IMG/VR virus record: IMGVR_UViG_3300021387_000688
From: a virus
Taxonomy: Duplodnaviria > Caudoviricetes
Length of the DNA: 64,000 bases
Strand: one strand, 5' to 3'
The notes under the pieces: model-generated
Databases searched by the model: none
Seen by the model: the letters and a program-made list of their open reading frames with translations, nothing else
Told to the model about the DNA's origin: nothing
Translations under genes and position numbers: made by a program
In this document: piece by piece, positions 38,703 through 48,901 of the stretch
How positions within the stretch are numbered: position 1 is the first letter of the stretch
How the letters are laid out: every line of letters starts with the position of its first letter

Positions 38703-39252
38703 ATTTTACATCATAAAGATTTTGACTAGTTTTTCTTTCAAGCTTGTCAATTCTTTCAAGAAGGGCTGCAATAATTTCAAGCTCAAACCAATCGGGATTC
38801 ATATTACCATTAGGATGAGCGTTTTTTGCATTATCAATAATCTGTTGCGCCTCTTCCAATTTTTCCTGGTGGTATTTTTCTTCTCTTATCTTTTTTCTTT
38901 CTGCAATCATCTCTTCTATTTTAGGAACAACATACTTTTGATGATTTTCGAAATCGACATCGGGATGGCATGGCCAAAAAGCAGATGGTTCAAAATCCGC
39001 TTGCTGAATAGACCATTTTGCAAATTCCTCTGCATCCTTTTCAGAGAAGTTTGTATTCAAATCTTTTTTATAACACTCATAACAAAGCCCTTTATACCTA
39101 GGGTTTGCTATTTCCCATATCATTGTTTGGGTTTCTGATTTATACATTGTGCCGCAAGCAATGCATTTAATTACTTTCTCAGGTTCATCAAAAAGATGGT
39201 TGTTTGGGTCCCAAAGTGGAATGGCGGCTCCTGGTTTATCACTCAAAGGCAT
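38692..39252 (-). CDS. Zn-finger-containing hypothetical protein
   Basis: CIAC...CYEC. Confidence 0.65.
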   Translation of the reverse strand: MPLSDKPGAAIPLWDPNNHLFDEPEKVIKCIACGTMYKSETQTMIWEIANPRYKGLCYECYKKDLNTNFSEKDAEEFAKWSIQQADFEPSAFWPCHPDVDFENHQKYVVPKIEEMIAERKKIREEKYHQEKLEEAQQIIDNAKNAHPNGNMNPDWFELEIIAALLERIDKLERKTSQNLYDVKFGV

Positions 39253-39979
39253 CTGTATTCTCCTTTATAAGTTTATATTCTTGATAATAACTTTCAGCTT
39301 CTGTAACGGCTTCTTCTATAGTGTATACTGTATTGATTTCACTCTTGCCAAAACTATTTACAGCTACAATATTATAGGAATGTATACTGGTTTCTGCAAT
39401 AATTAATTCATCTCCTGCTCTCATATCTTTACGATAAAGTGCGAGGCGACCTTCAAGCATCATCATAGGAGTGTAGTAAGTTTTTACAATTGTTTTAGCC
39501 GGCTGATCAATTTCATTTATTCTTTTTTTAATTTCTGAAGCCGCATCAATTGTATTCATAATCCTTTTAGTAGAATCTTTTACATTTTCTTTACTTACCT
39601 TGTTTAGACCTTTTTCAAAGTTTGCAATATCTTCACGAGTAGCGGCTTCTTCCAAAGAAAGAATCTTTTCATACAGTTCTTTTTCATATTCGGAGTTTGG
39701 ATTACTCTTTATAAGGAGCCTCATCATAAGGTCCATCTTCTTTGTCATATCTTTCAATCTTAATTTGGTTTGAAAATCATATGCACAAAAAATCATGAGC
39801 CCGAAAAAGAATGAGCCATTAATTAGATTTACAATAAGTTTCAATTCATTGTTTTCAATCTTAAGAGCGTGGAACATATCTAATACCCAAAACACCCCAA
39901 AGAAAACGGATAGAAACACATAACTGAGATAGCCTCTCAAATAGGCCCATATAGGGTTTTTCTCTTTCTTATTCTTCAT
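39239..39979 (-). CDS. membrane protein (probably leaderless)
   Basis: two N-terminal TM helices; TATATT-N6-ATG. Confidence 0.7.
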   Translation of the reverse strand: MKNKKEKNPIWAYLRGYLSYVFLSVFFGVFWVLDMFHALKIENNELKLIVNLINGSFFFGLMIFCAYDFQTKLRLKDMTKKMDLMMRLLIKSNPNSEYEKELYEKILSLEEAATREDIANFEKGLNKVSKENVKDSTKRIMNTIDAASEIKKRINEIDQPAKTIVKTYYTPMMMLEGRLALYRKDMRAGDELIIAETSIHSYNIVAVNSFGKSEINTVYTIEEAVTEAESYYQEYKLIKENTDAFE

Positions 39980-40050
39980 ATTGATAATATAGAAATGTAC
40001 AATTTATTTATTGACTAAATAATTTATGTTTGTTTTAAAGGGGATACAAA

Positions 40051-40656
40051 ATGTTTTACAACCAAAAGGATATTTATCAAAAATATTCAGAGCCACCTTT
40101 ACCTCATTTAATAGATGGTGACGATGTAAATGGGGTTCATGTTGTAGACGAGTCTGCTTTAAAAACAATAAACGGTATTCAAAAACATAAAGACAGTGTA
40201 AAAAGTAAAGTAGCATATCTCTCTAATAAATTAAAGGAGAGAGCCGAAAAGCACGACAATTCTAAATTAGAACACCCTGAAATCGATTGGCTTATTGAAA
40301 TGGATAGAGAACCTAGATACCCTTATGGTTCTCCTGAATACTTTGATAAAATGAAGAGATGGAATAAATTCTTCCAACACCATTATGCTAATAATAGGCA
40401 CCATCCAGATCATTTCCCAAACGGGATAAATGATATGAACCTTGTTGATCTATGCGAATATTGTTGTGACATTATTTCTTATTATGATGAGATGCATCCA
40501 AAAGATGCAATTAAAACAATTGAAGCTCAAAAGGAAAGATTCGGATTTGATCCTCAATTAACATATATATTAAAAAATACTTTATTGGATTACTTTACAT
40601 ACTTAGGCAATTTTGAACCTAAGTATGTAACAGCTACTAAAAAGAAAGAGGATTAA
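40051..40656 (+). CDS. DUF5662-like His-rich protein (paralog of 14069-14545)
   Basis: HDNSK, YGSPEY, HHYANNRHHPDHFPNGINDMNLVD. Confidence 0.7.
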   Translation: MFYNQKDIYQKYSEPPLPHLIDGDDVNGVHVVDESALKTINGIQKHKDSVKSKVAYLSNKLKERAEKHDNSKLEHPEIDWLIEMDREPRYPYGSPEYFDKMKRWNKFFQHHYANNRHHPDHFPNGINDMNLVDLCEYCCDIISYYDEMHPKDAIKTIEAQKERFGFDPQLTYILKNTLLDYFTYLGNFEPKYVTATKKKED

Positions 40657-41216
40657 TCTTCTATATATTTTTTAGAAATTGTTAAATTTGGATAACGTTT
40701 AGTCATTTGCTCAATGTAATCATCTAAACGGCCTTCACCTATAAAAGACATAAACTCATCGTACTGCCAATCTATAACAGTAGGATAATTTTTTCCTTCT
40801 TTGTAAACTGGTTCAAGAGTTTTACTTCTTTCTCGGCCCTTACCTAAATCCGCTTTTACTCTTTCTTTACAAGCTTCTGGATCTTCGGAAGCCTTAAATA
40901 TCAACAACTTTAAATCCAAGCCATTATCCTTAACTAATGGCATACAAGTATTGATTATATCTGTAAGGTATTTTGCTTTAAGATTTGTATTAGAACAATA
41001 TACAGGAATATTCAATTCTGTAAAATGTTGTAATTCATCGTGGAATACAATTGCAACATCTTTCTCATGGTCTAAATCAGAAATGTTACCGGTGATTTCT
41101 TTTCTAATTTCATCCTTGTTTATTTCTTGAACTGAAGGATTAATATCGTGTTTTAATATTTTGTAATAATGACTTTTACCGCTACCTGAAATACCTATAG
41201 ACGCATATACTAACAT
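40653..41216 (-). CDS. polynucleotide-kinase-like P-loop protein
   Basis: GISGSGKS, DEIRKEITG, NTNL. Confidence 0.75.
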   Translation of the reverse strand: MLVYASIGISGSGKSHYYKILKHDINPSVQEINKDEIRKEITGNISDLDHEKDVAIVFHDELQHFTELNIPVYCSNTNLKAKYLTDIINTCMPLVKDNGLDLKLLIFKASEDPEACKERVKADLGKGRERSKTLEPVYKEGKNYPTVIDWQYDEFMSFIGEGRLDDYIEQMTKRYPNLTISKKYIED

Positions 41217-41230
41217 TTATAACCTCTTTT

Positions 41231-44200
41231 TTAATTTAGTACTTTGGTTAAGGTTTCAGGATTGCAGAAAGGGCAACATCTTATAACATATCTTGTGCCT
41301 GTTTTAGAAAAATATACTACCCGTCGGATGTTTTCTGTAAAGTAATTTTTGCAACAGACATCGCACATCTCAGTTACCTTTGGAGGTTCTGATTTTGCAA
41401 CGTTGCTAGATTCCCCAAATGGCCAACCCATACCTTTACTCCTTTTTAATTATTAAGTCTAAACCCGCCTTTCAACTTTTCATGGTACTCATCTCTCTTT
41501 TTGATATGATGCTTGTGACTCCAAGTTAACCCCGCTATAAGGAAGCCAACCCAAAGACCTATTACAAATCCATACCCTTGTATAGGTTCTCCATCTCCTG
41601 CAATCATTCCACCGAACAGGAAGATACCCATCACTGTACCTAATATATAACCGATTAGATATCTAAGCATCTTTATTTTCCCTCCGCGAGTTTCATAATC
41701 TCGTGAATGGCTTCCATCATGTCATCTGTTTCTACTCTGAAGTCACTTATATCGTAACTGTTCTTATCTGTTGCAGTTACAGTAAAGATATTTCTTTCAG
41801 GTCTAATAGAAAAAACAACACGAAAATTAATAGCTTCCAAATACTTAAAACAAACTGTAGTTTCCGAATAATAAGGAGAAGCATCTAATACGGTGCAAAA
41901 AGATATTCCAAAGTTTTTAGATTGATTCAAAAGAGTTTCTGTAAAGCCTTCAGCATATCTATAAAGCTCTATTGCGTTTTCCAAATCCTTAATGTGATTG
42001 TCAGTTGCCTTTTTATATTCTTCAAAAGACCATCTACTAATCATCTTTTACCTCCTCCCAATAGTCTCCTTTAATAGGGGGTTCATGTTCGAAACCGAAC
42101 TTCTTTTCTACTCGGGTTACTCCATCAGAATAAACCGTTTTTGTAGCTCCTCCAAAACAGGCTACAGTAAATCCATTCTCTCCCCAACCATCTGAAATCT
42201 GTCCATCCAACCAATCATGTAGCTTTTTTGGAGTATCGGAGTGATCTTTAAGAAAGTCTTTATCTACATAACAAATAACTAAAAGTTTGTTTTCTCTTGT
42301 AACTGAGTATTGGATTAAAGGTACTACGGTCTTATCAAAACCTATCCTGTCTGCGTCAAGATATTCTGCTAATCCAAAAATTCTACTTCTAAGACGATAA
42401 TGGAAATTATTTTCGTCCACACTTTCCATAAGCCAAAATGGTTCTTTTATTTCAGAAAGAAACTTTCCATCTTCTTCTGTACCTTCTAATTCTTCAGGTA
42501 CAGAAATTCTCAATTCGGACATGTAATAAAATAGGTCACATTTCCATGCAAGTTGATTAGTTCTTTCATCTAAAAGGTCTTTTATTTTTTCAACAAAATC
42601 CATTCATCTTCTCCCTTTCAATTAATTGCATTGCATATTCTTTTCTTGCTTTTTCAAAAGCGTCCATTGATTCTTTATTAGGAAAAATCATATCACAAGA
42701 GTCTGGAGTAAAATTCTTAAACCTTGCTCCAAACTTTCTCGCCAATTCTATTTCGCATTGGTGCCTAAACTTCATAAATTGTTCAGCTTCTTTCGTTTGT
42801 GCGAAAAAGTTTTTTATAGGATGACTATGGCCTTTATTCGTGTTTTCCATTGTTATAAAACATATCCCTGTTGTCGTTTAATACTTCAAAGTAAGTATGA
42901 CAACTCCAATCTTTTTTGTTCATACCCAACTTCTTCATAAGTCTTTTTATTCTACAATTTAATGCAGAATAAACCATTTGGAATTCAACCCCAAAGTAAG
43001 AAAGGCCTTTGGTATTGCAATAGTATGCAAGTTTTTCCCAATCGTCTTTGTTCTTGGTATCTCTATCCCATTGCAATTTCTGGGCTTCTACAAATCTCAT
43101 AACCCCTTCCTTTTCTCTGCAAGTTTTTTCTTAGCAGCTTCTTCCATTTCAATTATGTTTGCTTCTTCTGCTTCGAAGGTAGTTAAATCCCCAATTACTT
43201 TACCACTATAAATATTAGAATCAAAATTGACACTACCATCTTCTTCTTTAAACCAACGCCCATACTTCCCGTCTTTCCAAGCCAAGAATTTATCTCCTTT
43301 GTACATATGCCAATGGTATAAAGTTCTTTTAACAGATTCTGGAGTATCTTTACTTACAATAGGAATTAAGTTTGTCAATCTCTTTCATCTCCTAAATGGC
43401 TAATCATTTCAACTTTCAATTTATCATAAACACTGGCCAATCCATGACGCTTAAGACTGTTTTCAAAGTTTACACAATACTTCCAAAGGGTTTCAGCTTC
43501 TTTAGCAGTTAAAGTTAATTCTATTTTTTCATCAGCTTTAACATTATTAATAAGGAAATTCAGCCACGTATTTATTTCAAAAAGTTTTCCGTTGATAAAA
43601 TCTAATGCTTCCCAACTATCATTGAAATAATTTTTAGCTTTCAATTTTATAAAAGAGATCAAATCATGGAAATCAAATTCATCATGTTTAATTCTTTCAG
43701 CGCATCTTTCTGTAGCAGTGTTATAAGAAATTTGGATTTCATCAATCAAATCTTTAAATGAAACATCTTCAGGTAATTTACCTATAAGATTAATTTCTGG
43801 TTTTGTGAAAAGAGTTGTATTGAAATTCTTAGAGCCGTCATTTGTAGAAAAAGTGAAAGAATAAACTCTTAATGACTTTTCATTTTCCTTAAATACAAAA
43901 CGATTTGCATAATAAGTTTCCATATAGTAGCGTTTGAAAGCTTCCATGTAGTTATGATACTTTTCCAACTCATCTACTATATTTGAGGTAAAAGGACGGA
44001 ATTTTATATCGGAAACTTTAGTTGCATAATCAAGGATATCTTCGATTAAATCTTTTGTACCGTCGTTTACAAAAGTCTTTTCAAGGGAACCGGAATTGTA
44101 CATTTCCTGTTCTCCAATATGATCGCTTTCCCAGGTAATGCAGGCCTTAACAGACTTAACAACGTATTTTGCAAATTCAGAAGTTTTGCTCATTTCAGTA

Positions 44201-46332
44201 GATGTCAATTCTCTTTCGAATTCGTCTTCGCATTTCATATTGGGGTACATATTAACTTGAAGTTGGTTTCCAGGTTCACCCTGATGTATGTTTAATTTCA
44301 ACGATAATGGCATCTTATTCATCTTTAAACTCCTTATCTTCAATATAGATAAAACTGCTACATATTACTTCAATAATCATTTTTACCAAACGTAATTTAT
44401 ATTCATTCAATCCCAAATCCGAATTGATGAGATCTCTGAGTTCTTGTCTGCGGGCATCGATGTAACCTAAAAAGTTTTTATCATCGATCCAATCATATGC
44501 AGTATCCATAATATCTGTAAGGGCGTCCTCTGCATTAATTGAAATATTATCAATGGCACGATAGGTACTATCAATACCGATAAGTTTTCTTAAGGCATAA
44601 TAGTCATTTGACATTTCTTTGAAACAAAGTGAAAGCCCTTCAATCCAAAGTTTAATGATAGTGGCGTTTTTAAGTTTTTTATTTGTTATAGATTTATCGT
44701 TTTCAAGATTCCAAGCCTCATCGTAAAACTTTGAAATCTTTTCAATCTTTTCTTTATTTTTCACATACTCGTGAACCCCTTTAATAGTATCGTGCCAAAG
44801 GTAAATACCTCTACCCATTAACCAAACAAAAGCAGATGCACATGGACCGGCAATCTTGTTTTCGAGTTCACCTCTTTTGAGATTAACTATTTGATCTTTT
44901 GTAAGTTCACTCATATTTTCCTCTACAAATAAGATTTAATTGTTTCCAAAACTTCTTCTGTAGTAGTTTCAGAATTTACCCATTCTATAATCTTTCTTTT
45001 ATTTGACAAATAACTTGAAACTTCAATTGAAGTAATAGAAGGTTCTACTAAAACCCTACGAAGATTCTTGTGCCAGATTTCAATGGCTGAATAAATGTTA
45101 CCTGGAATATCCTGTAAACAAATTTCATATCCTTCCAATTCTTTGCATTCGCTGATTGCTTTGTAAAGATTCTTAGTAAGGATAAGAAGTTTTTTACGAT
45201 CTTCCATTACTTTAATTTCTTTATCCAAAACTTCGTTTACAGATTTAATTGTATTCATCGTTTTCTCCAAACAGAATGACCTGTCAAATATTTAATGATA
45301 AAAATTATCAAAGCGATTGGTACCAAAATACAAAGGCAAAGAAGGAAAGAACAACAAATTGGTACGCTGATAATTGTGTTAAATACTACCCAAAACCAAT
45401 TATGTATTGAGTGGTCCAGCCAATTGAAACACCAGATATCTGGATGATTCCAACCTACAGTATTGATAATAATTGCAAATACAATTGATGCAACTTCAAA
45501 TGGCCAAATACTTACACTGGCACTTACCTTTTCTGAACTCATCCTTTATCTCCTATTTTGACAAATAATCTTTAAAGAATGCATTGGCTTCTTTAACCCA
45601 AGTAGATCTTGCACGATCTCTTCCGCTTCTTTTTGGGCCCATCCAATTCTTAAAGTCTTCCAAAGCTTTCAATGGAAGTTTACTGTTACCAAACATTTCA
45701 TCGAAAGACATTATTTCTTCGCCTTTAGAAGCAAGAATTTCTTCTTTTCTTGCAATGAGTTCGTTGGCTTCTTTTCTCAACGCTTTGTAACGTTTAACCA
45801 ATTCATCGCGCTTACATTTCTTTGCAGCATATCTTTCAAAATGAGCTGTAACTGTAAGCCAGTTTTTTGTATTTACTGCATTGTCAAAATTCTTTTTATA
45901 TTCTTTCAATTCTTCTTCTGCACGAGGAAGCTGGTACAATTTGTAATTAGAAAGCTGGCTGGAAATGCTCATCAACCTTTTTCTAAGATACATCAAGGTT
46001 TTGGTTGAATTGTCCTTTTCATATTTATCGCACTGAGCTTCATCAAAAAACCTTGTACCGTCTTCTGCCTGATAGAATGTTATAGTCTCTACTTTCTTTT
46101 GCATTTATTCATCCTCCTCTTCTTCGTCTCCAAATATTTCGTCCCAGCATTCCGGACAAAAACCTGTTATGAACATTTCTCTATGTTCTGGTCTCATGTC
46201 CGGAAATACTTCCTGAATAGGTCTTGGATCTGTACGTGCATTCCAAAACTGCGCATTTACATAAGATTCCTCGCTACAAGGAATCTTAACGATTCTTTGA
46301 CATCTTGTACATTGTGCATTAATGTTAGGCAT
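41231..46332 (-). other. operon of about 12 small hypothetical genes (41231-41431, 41446-41670, 41673-42044, 42037-42603, 42590-42850, 42834-43100, 43097-43378, 43375-44343, 44315-44914, 44923-45270, 45255-45542, 45553-46104, 46105-46332)
   Basis: tightly packed or overlapping minus-strand ORFs; two Cys-motif proteins and two small membrane proteins. Confidence 0.7.
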
Positions 46333-47895
46333 TTACATCTCCTCTTTAGACAGCTCTACATTTTTAACCATTCTGTACAGCTGAATTTTATCAGTAACTC
46401 CCTGATCAATCTGAATACCGAAAGCTACGTCCAGCATCTTTCTAAAGATTGGACCTGGCTTTCTACCGAATTTAATTAAATCATCTCCTGTCAGAATTGG
46501 TTTAGGAACTTCCATTTCCATAGCTTTAATTACTCGAGGATCTTGCATAATTTCCGCTACACAACCCCTTTCATCAAAACCTGCCATTTTGATTCCACCC
46601 CTTTCATCTGCTAATGCAACTAACATTATTTCCTTAAACTTTGGATGCTTAACAAACTTCAGGATGTCATGGAAACGGTTATGGCTAGCCAATTCGTGCG
46701 CCGACATGTGATGCGCAACCATACTACAAATAAAATGAGTTTCTTCGTTACTCATTCCTAATGCTTTACAGAATTGTTCTGCAGGTTCAATTCCTCTTTC
46801 CGGATGCTCGTTTACAACTGGAACTTCTTCTGCAAATTCTCTTCCATCAAAAGTAAAAGATTTCATTCTTGTACCCTGATGCTGGCAGTGAGCCTTTCCA
46901 ATATCGTGCAGAATTGCTCCCAGAACTAACAGGAACCTTTCTTCTTCATCTTCGAAGTTGACATTGATTGAATCAATTCCTTTTCCTTCAAAAATGATAC
47001 CATGCATTGCTTTCCATGTCAGTAAAGTATGGGCTAAAACTGTACCGTGATCAACTGGAGTGTAACCTCTAAAGTCTTTCTGCTCCCAAATCCATTCTTC
47101 TTTACCTTCTGGGTTTAAGAAAATAGAACCTTCAGCATGCCATCTCCAAGCTTGCTCAATTGTATCCATTTCATCGAAGATCTGCTGTAATCCAATATCT
47201 TCCCAAACCTTTAAATCAACGCCAGCCTGGAATGCAATTGAATCGTGAGTAAAGAATTTACCTGCAAAAATCTGTTTCAGTTCTTTCAGTTTTCTTTCTT
47301 TTGAAACTCCACCGAAGTCAATTCCAGAAGACATTTCAACCATTTCTGGAGAAGTGTATGGATTTGAAAAACCTTTCTGAGCTAAGAATCTTACAAATCT
47401 AAAAGCTCTTAAAGGATCTTCAGATAATCTTTCTTTCGGGTCTCCAACAAATCTTAATACCTTAGCCTTTACATCTGCAATACCCTGACCGGTTGGATCA
47501 ATAATATCTCCTTTTGAATCTTCGTACATTGCATTGATTGTAAAGTCTCTACGTTCAGCATCTTCTTTAATAGAAGCGTTTAATGAAATTGTTGGATGTC
47601 TTCCTTTTGAAGTATCCTTTCTAAAAGTTGCAATCTCAATTTCTTCTAACTTTCCATTAATATCAATTAATGGCATTGTAACTCCAAACTGTTCAGAGTT
47701 GTTAGAAACATTTGAGAATTTAGAAAAGATTGTATGTAAGTCAGATGGCTGCGCATCTGTAGTGATGTCGAAGTCGTGAGGTTCTTTACCTAACATTCTA
47801 TCACGTACACATCCTCCTACAAAGTAAGCTTTGAAGCCTGCTTTTTCGATAGGTGAGAATACTTTGCTTATTAACTGTTCCTTGATATCTGTCAT
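46333..47895 (-). CDS. cca: CCA-adding tRNA nucleotidyltransferase with HD domain
   Basis: VGGCVRD, DFDITT, EIATFR, DAERRDFTINAM, EDPLRAFR, ER, LHDIGK, LTGDDL..G.KPGP; start reassigned to ATG 47895. Confidence 0.9.
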   Translation of the reverse strand: MTDIKEQLISKVFSPIEKAGFKAYFVGGCVRDRMLGKEPHDFDITTDAQPSDLHTIFSKFSNVSNNSEQFGVTMPLIDINGKLEEIEIATFRKDTSKGRHPTISLNASIKEDAERRDFTINAMYEDSKGDIIDPTGQGIADVKAKVLRFVGDPKERLSEDPLRAFRFVRFLAQKGFSNPYTSPEMVEMSSGIDFGGVSKERKLKELKQIFAGKFFTHDSIAFQAGVDLKVWEDIGLQQIFDEMDTIEQAWRWHAEGSIFLNPEGKEEWIWEQKDFRGYTPVDHGTVLAHTLLTWKAMHGIIFEGKGIDSINVNFEDEEERFLLVLGAILHDIGKAHCQHQGTRMKSFTFDGREFAEEVPVVNEHPERGIEPAEQFCKALGMSNEETHFICSMVAHHMSAHELASHNRFHDILKFVKHPKFKEIMLVALADERGGIKMAGFDERGCVAEIMQDPRVIKAMEMEVPKPILTGDDLIKFGRKPGPIFRKMLDVAFGIQIDQGVTDKIQLYRMVKNVELSKEEM

Positions 47896-47980
47896 GTTAA
47901 TAATATAGCAATTACCCGATTCCGAAAGTTCCAAAAAGTTAACTAGGTAAAGAAAAAAGTATCTTTTTACTATTTAATTT

Positions 47981-48859
47981 ATGAGAATAAAAGAAGCTTA
48001 CATGGAAAATACCTACGGGTATCATTTAAGTCCTTATAGATTTTCTGAACCTAAAATCAATTATAAAGCAGGTTTCGGAACTAGTTTTTACGGGGCTGGT
48101 TTTTATATAACTTTAGATAAAGATGTACTTGAGGTAATAAAAGGCGAAGCTCAAGATATATTTGCAGAGTATTTTATTTATACAATTCAAGTAGATGAAA
48201 ATGCAAATATAGTTGATGAAGGTGAAGAGGATGGTTTACAGTTGTATGCAGATCTTGTAGACCAATTCGATGGAGACGAAGTTAAAGCATCTGCAGAAAT
48301 GGTGAAAAGAGGTATCGACGGGCTCCTTTATTACAGTGAAGAAGATGGACATTCAATTGTATTCTACAATCCAAAAATGGCAAAAATAGTTCACACAGAA
48401 TATCACGAAGGTTGGGGCGAAAGAAGTGAATTGAATGAAGGTAAGCTTAAGAAAACAATTATTGCCACTATGTTGGCTTTAGGATTAGCTACTAGTGCCC
48501 ATGCCGCCGCCAAGAATTTATACGGTATGTCAGAAAAAGAATTTACAACTCATGTAAACAGTGTATATAAGGCTATAGAAAATACTGCGGGTACAGATTC
48601 CGATATAGATGTATGGAGTTTTAAAAGTAAAAAATATTACGTAATGAGTAAAGACGCAGTTGAAAAATATTTGAAATCTATGCAAAAAAAGTTTGAATGT
48701 AACAGGTATTCAGCTGAAGCTATACTAATAACCACAGCTATATGTTATGATTTTGATTTTGAAAACGACGCGATAAATGCATTTGAAAATAAAGAGCTTG
48801 TAAAGCAAAAATTAAAAGCTAATAAAGAGGCCGGTATACAAAAAACAGGCTGTTGGTAA
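47981..48859 (+). CDS. ADP-ribosyltransferase-like (ART-PolyVal-type) domain fused via LNE to a signal-peptide-bearing module
   Basis: YH.S...F......G...YGAGFYIT ... GIDGL ... IVFYNP; leader MRIKEA; GKLKKTIIATMLALGLATSAHA. Confidence 0.6.
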   Translation: MRIKEAYMENTYGYHLSPYRFSEPKINYKAGFGTSFYGAGFYITLDKDVLEVIKGEAQDIFAEYFIYTIQVDENANIVDEGEEDGLQLYADLVDQFDGDEVKASAEMVKRGIDGLLYYSEEDGHSIVFYNPKMAKIVHTEYHEGWGERSELNEGKLKKTIIATMLALGLATSAHAAAKNLYGMSEKEFTTHVNSVYKAIENTAGTDSDIDVWSFKSKKYYVMSKDAVEKYLKSMQKKFECNRYSAEAILITTAICYDFDFENDAINAFENKELVKQKLKANKEAGIQKTGCW

Positions 48860-48864
48860 TAATT

Positions 48865-48895
48865 AAAAGGTACTTCAAAAAGAAGTACCTTTTTT
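48865..48895. terminator. bidirectional intrinsic terminator
   Basis: GGTACTTC/GAAGTACC with A/T tracts. Confidence 0.85.
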
Positions 48896-48901
48896 ATTTC
48901 C

